DNA of 64,000 nucleotides. Source: Alphaproteobacteria bacterium (lineage in GTDB: Bacteria; Pseudomonadota; Alphaproteobacteria; Acetobacterales; Acetobacteraceae). The notes beneath the pieces were generated by a model. The model was given only the letters and a program-made list of their open reading frames with translations. It made no database searches and was not told the DNA's origin. Positions 8,748-18,190 of the stretch are shown here, in pieces. Positions within the stretch are counted from its first letter, which is position 1. Each line of letters opens with the position of its first letter. The stretch covers positions 8,998 through 72,997 of the forward strand of contig VGDL01000003.1 in assembly GCA_016869735.1 (NCBI GenBank). Reading direction: 5' to 3'. The translations under genes were made by a program, and so were the position numbers.

Positions 8748-9596
8748 TCAGCAACCGCCCGGCGCGTCTTCCAACTTCACCAGTTTGGCGCGCACGGTGA
8801 AATCGCCGAAATCCATGATCATGTCATCCGCCACGCCATTTTCGAAATAACGGAGCGAGACTTCGTAGGATGGCGTGCGCGCCCCGCCGGCCTGTTCGCC
8901 ATCGGGTTCAAAAAACGCGATGCGCATGCGCGCTGAACCGAGTGTGGACAGGCTTGGCGCTTCCGGCACGGGCATCGGCCCCTGCCAGGGCGATAGCACC
9001 GTCGTGGTTTGCTGCGCACCATCGGCCGAGGTGCCATCAAAAATCGGCGCCACCAGCAGGCGCTGGCCGGCGCGCGCGGCATTCAGCGCGGCGATGGTGT
9101 GGGTGTTGGGCAGAAGCGTGCCGGGGGGAATCGGCAATTCCCTGGTTTCAGATTCGCTGTAGCGCACCGTGCCGCTGCCATCTGCGCCAAGTTCCGCCTG
9201 CCCCGCCACGCGGCTGGAAACGGCGCCCTGTGTCATTTGCGTCAGACTGAAGCGCAAATTGCGCCCATCCATGGATTCCAGCGTTGCATAGTCAGATGCG
9301 GTTTCAAGTTCCGTGCCTTCACGGCTGCGGATCGTCAGGGAAAATCGCTGCCGTGTTGTCCAGCTTTCGCAAGCGTCAATCAATTCATAAAGCATCGCGC
9401 CCGATGCTTCGACAATGCCCGCATTTTCCCGCGCGCGGTCCAGGGTCATGCTGTAAATGGCGCGATGGGATGCGAGCGCCTGCGCCGTGAGAGGCGCAAG
9501 CGGGGCCGTAGTCGCCGGCGCATCCTTCGATCCCTGGGCGTAGCCTGGGGTGGCGGGCAGAATCAGCGCAAGGGCCAGAATGGCAGGAAACCGCAT
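8748..9596 (-). CDS. DUF1849/EipB-like periplasmic cell-envelope integrity protein
   Basis: Sec signal MRFPAILALALILPATPGYAQG; 282 aa. Cys76 (IDACESW) and a C-terminal Cys282 match the conserved early-Cys/terminal-Cys disulfide described for Brucella EipB (from memory). HRAIYSMTL opening block. Confidence 0.6.
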   Translation of the reverse strand: MRFPAILALALILPATPGYAQGSKDAPATTAPLAPLTAQALASHRAIYSMTLDRARENAGIVEASGAMLYELIDACESWTTRQRFSLTIRSREGTELETASDYATLESMDGRNLRFSLTQMTQGAVSSRVAGQAELGADGSGTVRYSESETRELPIPPGTLLPNTHTIAALNAARAGQRLLVAPIFDGTSADGAQQTTTVLSPWQGPMPVPEAPSLSTLGSARMRIAFFEPDGEQAGGARTPSYEVSLRYFENGVADDMIMDFGDFTVRAKLVKLEDAPGGC

Positions 9597-9637
9597 CGGA
9601 TACTCCGGGCCGCAGGGGCCGCTGCCGTCTGATACAG

Positions 9638-9666
9638 CCGATTCCGCCGCAACGGAATCGGTTTTT
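9638..9666 (+). terminator. Canonical intrinsic terminator oriented for the + strand
   Basis: CCGATTCCG-ccgcaa-CGGAATCGG followed by TTTTT on the + strand. On the - strand the same stem is followed only by CUGUAUC. Confidence 0.5.
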
Positions 9667-9690
9667 CATAACAAAGTTTGGCGGCGGGGA

Positions 9691-11496
9691 TCAGCCTGGC
9701 TTGGCACCCTTCACCGGCGGCAGGTCCAACTTGATGTGCAATTCCTTGAGCCGTTCCGGCGGCACGCGCGCCGGGGCGCCCATCATCAAATCTTCCGCCT
9801 GCTGGTTCATCGGGAACAGGATCACTTCGCGGATCGCGGGTTCATCGGCGATCAGCATCACAATCCGGTCAATGCCGGGGGCCGAGCCACCATGCGGCGG
9901 CGCGCCGTAGCGGAAGGCATTCAACATGCCGCCGAAGCGGTGTTCCACTTCTTCCGCCGGATATCCCGCAATTTCAAAGGCGCGGATCATGATATCCGGG
10001 CGATGGTTGCGGATGGCGCCGGAGGAAAGTTCAATCCCATTGCAGACAATGTCGTATTGGAAAGCCTTGATATCCAAGGGGTCCATGGAATTGAGCGCTT
10101 CCAGCCCGCCTTGCGGCATGGAAAACGGGTTATGGCTGAATTCGATCTGCCCGGTATCTTCATTTCGTTCATACATCGGGAAATCCGTGACCCAGCAGAA
10201 GCGATAGGCGTTTTCTTCGAGCAACCCCAGATCACGCCCGACACGGTTGCGCACGGCGCCGGAGAATTTCGCGGCGTCCGCTGCCTTATTGGCCACAAAG
10301 AACACGGCATCACCCGCGCCAAGCCCGCAAGCGGCGGCAATGGCGGCCACGCGATCAGCCTCCAGGTTCTTGGCAATTGGCCCCTTCGCGCCATCGGCAT
10401 CCCAGGCGATATAGCCAAGCCCGCCCTGCCCTTCCGCGCGCGCCCATTCATTCAACCCATCAAAGAATGACCGCGGACGGCCCGCCGCACCCGGCGCCGG
10501 AATGGCACGCACCACGCCACCCGATGCGGTGACTTTCGCGAACAAGCCAAAGCCACCACCGGCGAAATGCGCGCTGACATCTGTGATCTTGATGGGATTG
10601 CGCAAATCCGGCTTGTCCGAACCATATTCCAGCATCGCCTGCTGATAGGGAATGCGCGGGAAGGGTGCCGGCGTCACGGCGCGCTTCGTGCCGGTCCAAT
10701 CGGCAAATTCCTCAAACACGCCAGCCAGCACGGGTTCAATCGCGGCGAAGACATCTTCCTGCGTCACAAAGGACATTTCGAAATCAAGCTGATAGAATTC
10801 GCCGGGTGAGCGATCCGCGCGCGAAGCCTCATCCCGGAAGCAGGGCGCGATTTGGAAATAGCGATCAAACCCCGCCACCATACATAGCTGCTTGAATTGC
10901 TGCGGCGCTTGCGGCAACGCGTAGAATTTGCCGGGATGCAGGCGTGCGGGGACCAAAAAGTCGCGCGCGCCTTCCGGGCTTGATGCGGTCAGAATCGGGG
11001 TTTGGAATTCGGTAAAACCCTGATCAATCATCCGCCGCCGGATGGAAGAAATCACCTGGCTCCGCAGCATCAGATTGCGATGCTGGCGATCGCGCCGCAA
11101 ATCCAAAAAGCGATAACGGAGGCGAAGTTCTTCGGGGAATTCCGCATCACCCGCCACCTGAATGGGCAGCACTTCAGCAGCGGATTGGACTTCCACTTCG
11201 CGCACACGAAGTTCAATCGCGCCCGTCGGCAGTTTCGCATTCACCGTGCCCGCTTCGCGCGGCACCACATCGCCCGTGACGGTAATCACGCTTTCGGGGC
11301 GCAGTTCTTCGAGCAGTTTCAAGACGGGTGAGCCCTGCGCCACCACGCATTGCGTCATGCCGTAATGGTCGCGCAAATCAATAAACAGCAAGCCGCCATG
11401 GTCGCGCTTGCGATGCACCCAGCCGGAAAGCCGCGCGGTGGAGTCGGCATCGGTGGCGCGGAGCGCGCCACAATGATGGGTACGATAGGCATGCAT
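9691..11496 (-). CDS. aspS: Aspartate--tRNA ligase
   Basis: 601 aa; OB-fold N-terminus ([22 protein letters not shown]); class II motifs ([24 protein letters not shown]). Confidence 0.97.
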   Translation of the reverse strand: MHAYRTHHCGALRATDADSTARLSGWVHRKRDHGGLLFIDLRDHYGMTQCVVAQGSPVLKLLEELRPESVITVTGDVVPREAGTVNAKLPTGAIELRVREVEVQSAAEVLPIQVAGDAEFPEELRLRYRFLDLRRDRQHRNLMLRSQVISSIRRRMIDQGFTEFQTPILTASSPEGARDFLVPARLHPGKFYALPQAPQQFKQLCMVAGFDRYFQIAPCFRDEASRADRSPGEFYQLDFEMSFVTQEDVFAAIEPVLAGVFEEFADWTGTKRAVTPAPFPRIPYQQAMLEYGSDKPDLRNPIKITDVSAHFAGGGFGLFAKVTASGGVVRAIPAPGAAGRPRSFFDGLNEWARAEGQGGLGYIAWDADGAKGPIAKNLEADRVAAIAAACGLGAGDAVFFVANKAADAAKFSGAVRNRVGRDLGLLEENAYRFCWVTDFPMYERNEDTGQIEFSHNPFSMPQGGLEALNSMDPLDIKAFQYDIVCNGIELSSGAIRNHRPDIMIRAFEIAGYPAEEVEHRFGGMLNAFRYGAPPHGGSAPGIDRIVMLIADEPAIREVILFPMNQQAEDLMMGAPARVPPERLKELHIKLDLPPVKGAKPG

Positions 11497-11607
11497 GGCG
11501 AAAATTCATCCTCAGGGGCGGGAAAGGCGGGGGAAAGCGCCTCAGGGCGGGGTTTCTGTCAACCCCACCGCTATCCGGGACGCCGCCGCCCCTGTAAGAA
11601 AAAGCCC

Positions 11608-12795
11608 ATGAACCGCCGCCCCGCCGCCCCGGCAGCCAGCCAGAACCCCGCCCTGATCACCGATACAGGCAGCCTCGCCGCGCTGTGTGACCGGCTGAAG
11701 CATGAGCCCTTCGTGACTGTGGACACGGAATTCATGCGCGAACGCACCTATTGGCCGGAGCTTTGCCTGGTGCAGCTGGCCGGCCAGCATGAGGTCGCTT
11801 TGGTGGATGCCCTGGCGCCGGGGCTTGATTTGGGACCTCTCTGTGAATTGATGGCGCTGCCCCATGTCGTGAAGGTGTTTCACGCCGCCCGGCAGGATGT
11901 GGAAATTTTTTTGCTGAAATTCGGCGCCGTGCCCTACCCGATCTTTGATACGCAAATCGCCGCCATGGTGGCCGGGTTTGGCGATCAGGCATCCTATGAT
12001 TCGCTCTGCCGATCCCTTGCGGGCGTGCAGATAGACAAGGCCCATCGCTTCAGCGATTGGTCGGCCCGTCCCTTATCCGAAAGCCAATTGGCCTATGCGG
12101 CGGCGGATGTGACGCATTTGCGGAAGATTTTCGTCTCCCTCACGCTGCGCCTCGAACGGGAAGGCCGGATTGATTGGGTGGGGCAGGAGATGGGCGCGCT
12201 CGCCGATCCCGCGACCTATTTGACCGACCCGGACACGGCTTGGGAAAAGCTCCGCCCACGCACGTCAAACCGGCGGTTTCTGGGCGTTTTGCGCGCCATC
12301 GCTGCCTGGCGGGAACGTGAGGCCCAGCGGATCAATATCCCGCGCCAGCGGCTGGTGAAGGATGATACGCTGCTGGAAATCGCGGCCACCATGCCCGATA
12401 ATGCTGGGGAATTGGCCCGCGCGCGGGGCATTTCGGAAAATTTCGCCAAGGGCAAGTCCGGTGAGGGCCTGCTGGCCGCCATCCGCCAGGCCCGGGCGCT
12501 GCGCGAAGAAGAATTGCCGCAATTGCAGAAGGAAAAGGCCGGCCCACCGCCCTCCCCCGCGCTGATTGCGCTGCTGAAAGTGCTGCTGGCCGCGAAGTCC
12601 GAGGAGCATGATGTGGCGCCGCGGCTGCTCGCTTCCGGGGAAGATCTGGAAAAGCTGGCCACGGGGCAGGATGATGTGCCGGCGCTTTCTGGCTGGCGGC
12701 GGGAAGTGTTTGGCGGGGCTGCCTTGGCGCTGCGGTCCGGACAATTGGCCCTTGGGGTGGATGGCAGGCGCGTGAAGCTGATCCCGGCGGGTTGA
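11608..12795 (+). CDS. rnd: Ribonuclease D
   Basis: DEDDy exonuclease blocks FVTVDTEFMRERTYWPELCLVQL and YAAADVTHL, then an HRDC-like region. ATG 11608 chosen because the ORF-track start 11350 overlaps aspS. Confidence 0.9.
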   Translation: MNRRPAAPAASQNPALITDTGSLAALCDRLKHEPFVTVDTEFMRERTYWPELCLVQLAGQHEVALVDALAPGLDLGPLCELMALPHVVKVFHAARQDVEIFLLKFGAVPYPIFDTQIAAMVAGFGDQASYDSLCRSLAGVQIDKAHRFSDWSARPLSESQLAYAAADVTHLRKIFVSLTLRLEREGRIDWVGQEMGALADPATYLTDPDTAWEKLRPRTSNRRFLGVLRAIAAWREREAQRINIPRQRLVKDDTLLEIAATMPDNAGELARARGISENFAKGKSGEGLLAAIRQARALREEELPQLQKEKAGPPPSPALIALLKVLLAAKSEEHDVAPRLLASGEDLEKLATGQDDVPALSGWRREVFGGAALALRSGQLALGVDGRRVKLIPAG

Positions 12796-12805
12796 GTATT
12801 TTCAA

Positions 12806-12825
12806 GCCAAGTGGTGACACTTGGC
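12806..12825. terminator. Perfect 8-bp hairpin between convergent genes (weak candidate terminator)
   Basis: GCCAAGTG-gtga-CACTTGGC. On the - strand it is followed by TTGAAAAT. Confidence 0.35.
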
Positions 12826-12893
12826 GGCTCGGAAAATACGATCGAGAAAGCTCTTGGTTTGGTTGCTGTGAACGGAGGTGAACAGGAACCAAA

Positions 12894-13217
12894 CTAACCC
12901 TGGGGCCCCAGCCCTTCCAGAAAGATAATCGCAGCCGCCGCCAGACCAAGCGCGCAGAACAGCATGGACAACATGGGCCAGGCATTGCGCGGGCCGCGCA
13001 TGGCGATCACCGCATTGCCCACCAACGATACCATCACCGCCGCCACAGGCTGGGACCAATGAAATTCCCGAAAGCCCCAGACAATGAGCGCGATCCAGGC
13101 AATGAAGGCCGCGCGCGCCAGCCATTGCCAGAATATGGACGCCACTTCCGAAGCGGGCCGCATCTCTGGCGCCCCGCTTTTGGATTGGATGAAGGCGCCG
13201 ATCGAAAGCAGCACCAT
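12894..13217 (-). CDS. Small integral membrane protein, unknown function
   Basis: About 107 aa with three hydrophobic helices (MVLLSIGAFIQ, AAFIAWIALIVWGF, MLSMLFCALGLAAAAIIFL). Start uncertain (ATG 13217, or TTG about 40 nt upstream). The longer ORF-track start overlaps the GT4 gene. Confidence 0.45.
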   Translation of the reverse strand: MVLLSIGAFIQSKSGAPEMRPASEVASIFWQWLARAAFIAWIALIVWGFREFHWSQPVAAVMVSLVGNAVIAMRGPRNAWPMLSMLFCALGLAAAAIIFLEGLGPQG

Positions 13218-13330
13218 GGCGGCATAATAAAGGGTCACGAATGTTTCATTGCCGCCCAAAAGCGCCCTCGGCAAGGGGTTTTTTGCCGGCCATGGTCGCC
13301 CTTCGCGCCATTCCGCGCTAACCCTACGCC

Positions 13331-14464
13331 ATGCCCGCCCCACCCCCTGCAATCTTGCAAGTGCTGCCTGCGCTCCGCTCCGGGGGCGTGGAACGCGGCA
13401 CGCTGGAAATTGCCGAGGCACAAATCGCGGCTGGTTACCGCGCCATTGTGGCTTCCGCGGGCGGGGACATGGTGCCGGCTTTGGAAGCACTCGGGGCGAA
13501 GCACGTCACCCTGCCGCTGACCGCCAAATCGCCCTTCGCCATCTGGCGCAATGCGGCGGCACTTGCGGCGCTGGCGCGGGCGGAAGGGGTTGGGCTGATC
13601 CATGCGCGTTCCCGCGCGCCGGCTTGGTCGGCGCAGATGGCGGCCAGACGCGCGGGACTGCCCTTCGTCACCACCTATCACGGTGCCTATAATGAGGGCT
13701 TTCCGGGCAAGCGTTTCTATAATTCCGTGATGGCGCGGGGCGACCGCGTGATTGCCATCAGCCATTTCATCGCCGATCTGATTCGCACCCGGCATGGCGT
13801 GGCGGAATCGCGCCTGCGCGTGATCCCGCGCGGCGTGGACCCGCGGCGCTTCGATCCTGCGCTGGTCAGCGCCGAAAGGCTCGAAAAGCTACGCACTGCC
13901 TGGAGCCTGCCGGAAGGCCACCCAATCATCATGCTGCCAGCGCGCGTGACGCGCTGGAAGGGCCAGATGGTGCTGGTGGAGGCCATGGCGCGGCTGCAAG
14001 GTGATTCGCTCGCGCTGCTGGTGGGGGATGCGGAAGAACGCCCGGCCTTCAAGGCGGAACTCCTCGCGCGGATTGAAAGCCTGGGGCTGAAGGAGCGCCT
14101 GCGTCTGGTGGGGCACGCGGCTGACATGCCGGCGGCGCTGCTGCTGGCGGATGTGGTTATCCATGCCTCCACCGATGCGGAAGCCTTTGGCCGCACGGTA
14201 ATCGAAGCCCAGGCCATGGCGCGGCCGGTGATTGCAAGCGATCTGGGCGCGCCGCGCGAAACCGTGGCCGAGGGCATCACCGGTTGGCGCATCCCGCCCG
14301 GCGATGCGGCGGCGCTGGCGGGGGCCATCGGCAAGGTGCTGGCCCTGCCGGCGGCAGAACGCGCGGCATTCGGCACGCGGGCGCGGGCGGCGGTGCTGGC
14401 GGGCTACACAACGCAATCCATGCAGGCCGCGACCATCGCGGTTTACCGGGAATTGCTGCCATGA
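13331..14464 (+). CDS. Glycosyltransferase family 4 (GT-B, LPS/polysaccharide)
   Basis: N-terminal SGGVERGT block and EAFGRTVIEAQAMARPVIASDLGAPRETV (E-x7-E) motif. Confidence 0.9.
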   Translation: MPAPPPAILQVLPALRSGGVERGTLEIAEAQIAAGYRAIVASAGGDMVPALEALGAKHVTLPLTAKSPFAIWRNAAALAALARAEGVGLIHARSRAPAWSAQMAARRAGLPFVTTYHGAYNEGFPGKRFYNSVMARGDRVIAISHFIADLIRTRHGVAESRLRVIPRGVDPRRFDPALVSAERLEKLRTAWSLPEGHPIIMLPARVTRWKGQMVLVEAMARLQGDSLALLVGDAEERPAFKAELLARIESLGLKERLRLVGHAADMPAALLLADVVIHASTDAEAFGRTVIEAQAMARPVIASDLGAPRETVAEGITGWRIPPGDAAALAGAIGKVLALPAAERAAFGTRARAAVLAGYTTQSMQAATIAVYRELLP

Positions 14465-15387
14465 CGCAGCGTATTCTGCTGATCAAGCTGGGTGCACTCG
14501 GGGATTTCGCCCAGGCTTTTGGCCCCTTCGCCGCGATCAGGACGCATCATCCGGGGGCCGAGATCACCCTGTTGACCACAGCGCCCTTCGCCCCCCTCGC
14601 CCGGCAAGCGCCCTGGTTTGACCGGGTTTGGGATAATGGCCGCCCCAGGGGCCTAGCCGCGCTTTGGGCTTTGGGGCGGAGGCTGCGCGCGGCGCGGTTC
14701 GACAGGGTTTATGATTTGCAGACCTCGGGCAGGTCATCGCGCTATCGCTGGCTCATCGGGCGCAGCGTGGAATGGTCCGGCATTGCCGCCGGCGCTTCCC
14801 ACCCGCATGCCAATCCGCGCCGCGATTTCATGCACACGGTGGAACGCCAGCGGGAGCAATTGGCAATGGCCGGCATCAGTCATTTCCCGGCGCCTGAACT
14901 CGCTTGGCTGGATGCCGATATCACGCGCTTTGCCCTGCCGGAGCATTTTGCGCTGCTGATCCCCGGTGCCTCCCCCGGCCGGCCGGCCAAGCGTTGGCCG
15001 GTGGAAGCCTTCGGCGCCTTGGCGGGCGCGCTTGATCTGCCCGCCGTGATCCTGGGGGGGCCTGCGGAGGCAGCTTTGGGCGCGGCGATCAGCCAGGCGG
15101 CACCCTCAGCGCGCGATCTGACGGGCCAGACCAGCTTTGCCGATATCGCCGCACTCGCCCGGCGCGCCGCTTTTTGCATCGGCAATGACACGGGCCCGAC
15201 CCATTTGGCCGCCGTGGCCGGCTGCCCGACGCTGGCGCTGTTTGGCGAAGATAGCGACCCCGCGCTTTGCGCCCCGCGCGGCCCGCGCGCGGCTGTGCTG
15301 CGCCGCCAGCCCCTTTCCGCCCTGCCCACTGCTGAAGTAAAGGCAGCGCTTCAGGAATTGATCTCATCACCCGCCGCAACGGCTTGA
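14461..15387 (+). CDS. Glycosyltransferase family 9 (LPS heptosyltransferase-like)
   Basis: MTQRILLIKLGALGDF and GNDTGPTHLAA blocks. ATG 14461 forms an ATGA overlap with the GT4 stop. Confidence 0.88.
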   Translation: MTQRILLIKLGALGDFAQAFGPFAAIRTHHPGAEITLLTTAPFAPLARQAPWFDRVWDNGRPRGLAALWALGRRLRAARFDRVYDLQTSGRSSRYRWLIGRSVEWSGIAAGASHPHANPRRDFMHTVERQREQLAMAGISHFPAPELAWLDADITRFALPEHFALLIPGASPGRPAKRWPVEAFGALAGALDLPAVILGGPAEAALGAAISQAAPSARDLTGQTSFADIAALARRAAFCIGNDTGPTHLAAVAGCPTLALFGEDSDPALCAPRGPRAAVLRRQPLSALPTAEVKAALQELISSPAATA

Positions 15388-15443
15388 CCCGGAAGGGGCC
15401 TCTGCCCATGGTCCGGCGGCGTTTCCACCAGATAGGATAAGCT

Positions 15444-17378
15444 ATGCCCGCGATTACCCTGCCCGATGGTTCCATCCGCCAATTTGACGGCGCGGTGACG
15501 GGCACCACTATCGCGGCGGCGATTGGCCCTGGCCTCGCCAAGGCCGCGCTCGCCATGGAAGTGGATGGCAAGCTGCGCGATCTTTCGGCCTCCATCAGCC
15601 AAGACGCCAAGCTGCGCTTCATCACGCGCCGCGATCCCGAAGCGCTGGAGATGATCCGCCATGATTGCGCCCATGTGCTGGCGGAAGCCGTGCAGGCGCT
15701 TTACCCCGGCACGCAGGTCACGATCGGCCCTTCGATCGAAAACGGCTTCTATTACGATTTCGCCCGCAATGATCCCTTCACGCCGGATCACTTCGCCAAG
15801 ATCGAAGCGAAGATGCGTGAAATCATCGCGCGCAATGACGCTTTTCTGCGCGAAGAATGGGAGCGCGAGGATGCCATTCGTTTCTTCACTGAAAAGGGCG
15901 AACGCTACAAGGCGGAACTGATCCAGGATTTGCCGAAATCCGAGATCATCAGCATCTACAAGCAAGGTGCCTGGACGGATCTTTGCCGCGGCCCGCATAT
16001 GCGCGGCACGGGCGATATCGGCACTGCCTTTAAGCTGATGAAAGTGGCCGGCGCCTATTGGCGCGGCGATCATCGCAATGCCATGCTGAGCCGGATTTAC
16101 GGCACCGCCTGGCGCGACCAGAAGGAACTCGACGCCTATTTGTTGCAGTTGGAAGAAGCGGAAAAGCGCGACCACCGCAAGATCGGCAAGGAAATGGGGC
16201 TGTTCCACCTCCAGGATGAAGCGGTGGGTTCGGTCTTCTGGCATCCCAAGGGCTGGCGGCTTTATCGCACCGTGGAAGCCTATATGCGCCGGCGGCTTGA
16301 TATTGCCGAGTATCAGGAAGTGAAGACGCCGCAGCTGGTGGATCGCAAGCTTTGGGAAGCGTCCGGCCATTGGGAGAAATTCCGCGAAAACATGTTCGTC
16401 GCGCGCGTGGAAGACGAAGATGAAAAGGACCGCGTGCTCGCGCTGAAGCCAATGAATTGCCCCTGCCATGTGCAGATTTTCAATCAGGGCTTGCGTTCTT
16501 ATCGGGAATTGCCATTGCGCATGGCGGAATTTGGCGCCTGCCATCGCTATGAACCATCAGGCGCGCTACACGGCATCATGCGGGTGCGGAGCTTTGTGCA
16601 GGATGATGCGCATATCTTCTGCGCCGAAGAACAGATCGCCGATGAGACAGTGCGTTTTGTGGCGCTGCTGTCGTCCATCTATCGCGATTTCGGCTTTACC
16701 GAATTCCGCGTGAAATTCTCCGACCGCCCGGCGCGGCGCGCGGGCACGGATGCGGTGTGGGATCAGGCGGAAGGTGCGCTGAAAGACGCCTGCCGCATCG
16801 CGGGCGTGGAATATGAACTCAACCCCGGTGAGGGCGCCTTTTATGGCCCCAAGCTGGAATTCGTGCTGCGCGATGCGATTGGCCGGGATTGGCAATGTGG
16901 CACGCTGCAAGTGGATTTCGTGCTGCCGGAACGGCTGGATGCGGAATATGTCGCCGAAGATGGCGCCCGCCGCCGCCCCGTTATGCTGCACCGGGCCATC
17001 CTCGGGTCTTTTGAACGATTCCTGGGTATTTTGATCGAAGAACATGCCGGGCGCTTCCCGCTTTGGCTCGCGCCCGTTCAGGTGGTGGTGGCGACCATTG
17101 TGGATGAAGCCGCCCCCTTCGCCCGTCAGGCGGCTGCGGCTTTGCAAAAGGCCGGGGTCGCGGTTTCGCTTGATCTCAGAAACGAAAAAATCAACCGCAA
17201 GGTGGTGGACCATATTGACCAGCGCGTGCCGGTGCTGGCCGTGATTGGCCGGCGAGAAGCTGAGGAAGGCACCATTGTGCTCCGCCGCCTGCCGGGGCGG
17301 GATCAGGAAACGCTGAAGCTTGCTGATGCGGTGGCGCTATTGGCCGCCGAGGCAACGCCGCCCGATCTGCGCGGATAA
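15444..17378 (+). CDS. thrS: Threonine--tRNA ligase
   Basis: 644 aa; TGS-type N-terminus ([11 protein letters not shown]), editing domain, class II core ([16 protein letters not shown]), anticodon-binding C-terminus. Confidence 0.97.
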   Translation: MPAITLPDGSIRQFDGAVTGTTIAAAIGPGLAKAALAMEVDGKLRDLSASISQDAKLRFITRRDPEALEMIRHDCAHVLAEAVQALYPGTQVTIGPSIENGFYYDFARNDPFTPDHFAKIEAKMREIIARNDAFLREEWEREDAIRFFTEKGERYKAELIQDLPKSEIISIYKQGAWTDLCRGPHMRGTGDIGTAFKLMKVAGAYWRGDHRNAMLSRIYGTAWRDQKELDAYLLQLEEAEKRDHRKIGKEMGLFHLQDEAVGSVFWHPKGWRLYRTVEAYMRRRLDIAEYQEVKTPQLVDRKLWEASGHWEKFRENMFVARVEDEDEKDRVLALKPMNCPCHVQIFNQGLRSYRELPLRMAEFGACHRYEPSGALHGIMRVRSFVQDDAHIFCAEEQIADETVRFVALLSSIYRDFGFTEFRVKFSDRPARRAGTDAVWDQAEGALKDACRIAGVEYELNPGEGAFYGPKLEFVLRDAIGRDWQCGTLQVDFVLPERLDAEYVAEDGARRRPVMLHRAILGSFERFLGILIEEHAGRFPLWLAPVQVVVATIVDEAAPFARQAAAALQKAGVAVSLDLRNEKINRKVVDHIDQRVPVLAVIGRREAEEGTIVLRRLPGRDQETLKLADAVALLAAEATPPDLRG

Positions 17379-17495
17379 GGCAACATTCAGAAAGGATTTG
17401 ACCGCCCAAGGGCCGCAAACCTCAAGTGAAACTTGCAGCCCGCCGCCCAAAAGCCCATAAAAGCGCCATTCTGATAACCTCGACAGGAGAGTACC

Positions 17496-18041
17496 ATAGC
17501 TCGACCCCCTATGCCCGCCGCCCAGCAGGCCCCAGCACGTGAAGGCCCGCGCATCAATGATGAAATCCGCGTCCCTCAGGTCCGCCTGATTGATGATGCC
17601 GGAGAGATGATCGGCGTGATGTCCGCTCGCGAAGCGCTGATCCGCGCTTATGATGCGGGGCTTGATCTTGTCGAAATCTCACCCAACGCGGTGCCGCCTG
17701 TCTGCAAAATCCTGGATTACGGGAAATACAAATACGAGCAGCAGAAAAAGGCGAATGAGGCGCGCAAGAAGCAGAAGGTCGTCGAAATCAAGGAAATCAA
17801 GGTTCGCCCGAATATTGATGACCATGATTACGAAGTGAAGATGAAGCAGATGCGGAACTTCATCGGCGAAGGCGACAAGGTGAAGGTGACACTACGCTTC
17901 CGTGGCCGCGAAATGGCGCACCAGGAATTGGGCGTGAAGGTGCTGGAACGCATCCGCAATGACCTGACGGAGTTGGTGAAGGTCGAACAAATGCCCAAGC
18001 TGGAAAACCGCCAGATGGTCATGGTGGTGGCGCCGAAATAG
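17496..18041 (+). CDS. infC: Translation initiation factor IF-3 (probable non-canonical AUA start)
   Basis: [17 protein letters not shown]..., [31 protein letters not shown] at 17485-17490 is 5 nt from in-frame ATA 17496 but 20 nt from ATG 17511. Product confidence is high; the start is inferred. Confidence 0.9.
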   Translation: MARPPMPAAQQAPAREGPRINDEIRVPQVRLIDDAGEMIGVMSAREALIRAYDAGLDLVEISPNAVPPVCKILDYGKYKYEQQKKANEARKKQKVVEIKEIKVRPNIDDHDYEVKMKQMRNFIGEGDKVKVTLRFRGREMAHQELGVKVLERIRNDLTELVKVEQMPKLENRQMVMVVAPK

Positions 18042-18056
18042 GCGTTTCCTTTCCTT

Positions 18057-18082
18057 GCGTGATCCGGACCGGCGGATCACGC
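18057..18082 (+). terminator. Hairpin after infC (candidate terminator)
   Basis: GCGTGATCCG-gaccgg-CGGATCACGC, a perfect 10-bp stem followed by TTCCAAATATT (weak U-tract). Confidence 0.5.
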
Positions 18083-18158
18083 TTCCAAATATTGCTTGTT
18101 ATCCCGATGAGGCTTTGGCGTTTACTTGCCTTGCCGTAATGAGCCTCACCGCCCATAA

Positions 18159-18190
18159 GGCTTGCTTACCCGCCGCCCCTTAAGCAAGCC
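18159..18190. repeat. Perfect 10-bp inverted repeat abutting the ATG at 18191
   Basis: GGCTTGCTTA-N12(cccgccgcccct)-TAAGCAAGCC; the right arm ends at the base before the ATG. Confidence 0.6.

Noticed and set aside
11350-11607. Upstream extensions of several ORF-track entries: rnd 11350, heptosyltransferase 14284, folK 32018, acpS 35379, rnc 36607, engB 47246, ACAD 59131, PEP-mutase 55419, sixA 26005, and the secreted protein 25509.
   Set aside because: Each extension overlaps the neighbouring gene or is low-complexity Arg/Gly/Pro sequence. Internal starts give family-typical N-termini, SDs, or ATGA coupling.
12802-13125. Alternative 107-aa ORF in another - strand frame overlapping the small membrane-protein ORF.
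   Set aside because: The translation is Gly/Arg/Cys-rich without hydrophobic helices or motifs. The competing frame gives three clean TM segments.
18042-18190. Absence of rpmI-rplT after infC as evidence of a rearrangement or insertion of the GT41 gene.
   Set aside because: I cannot establish this from the window. The thrS-infC arrangement without L35/L20 may be the normal arrangement in this lineage, and there are no repeat or mobile-element scars. It is kept only as context in the GT41 finding.
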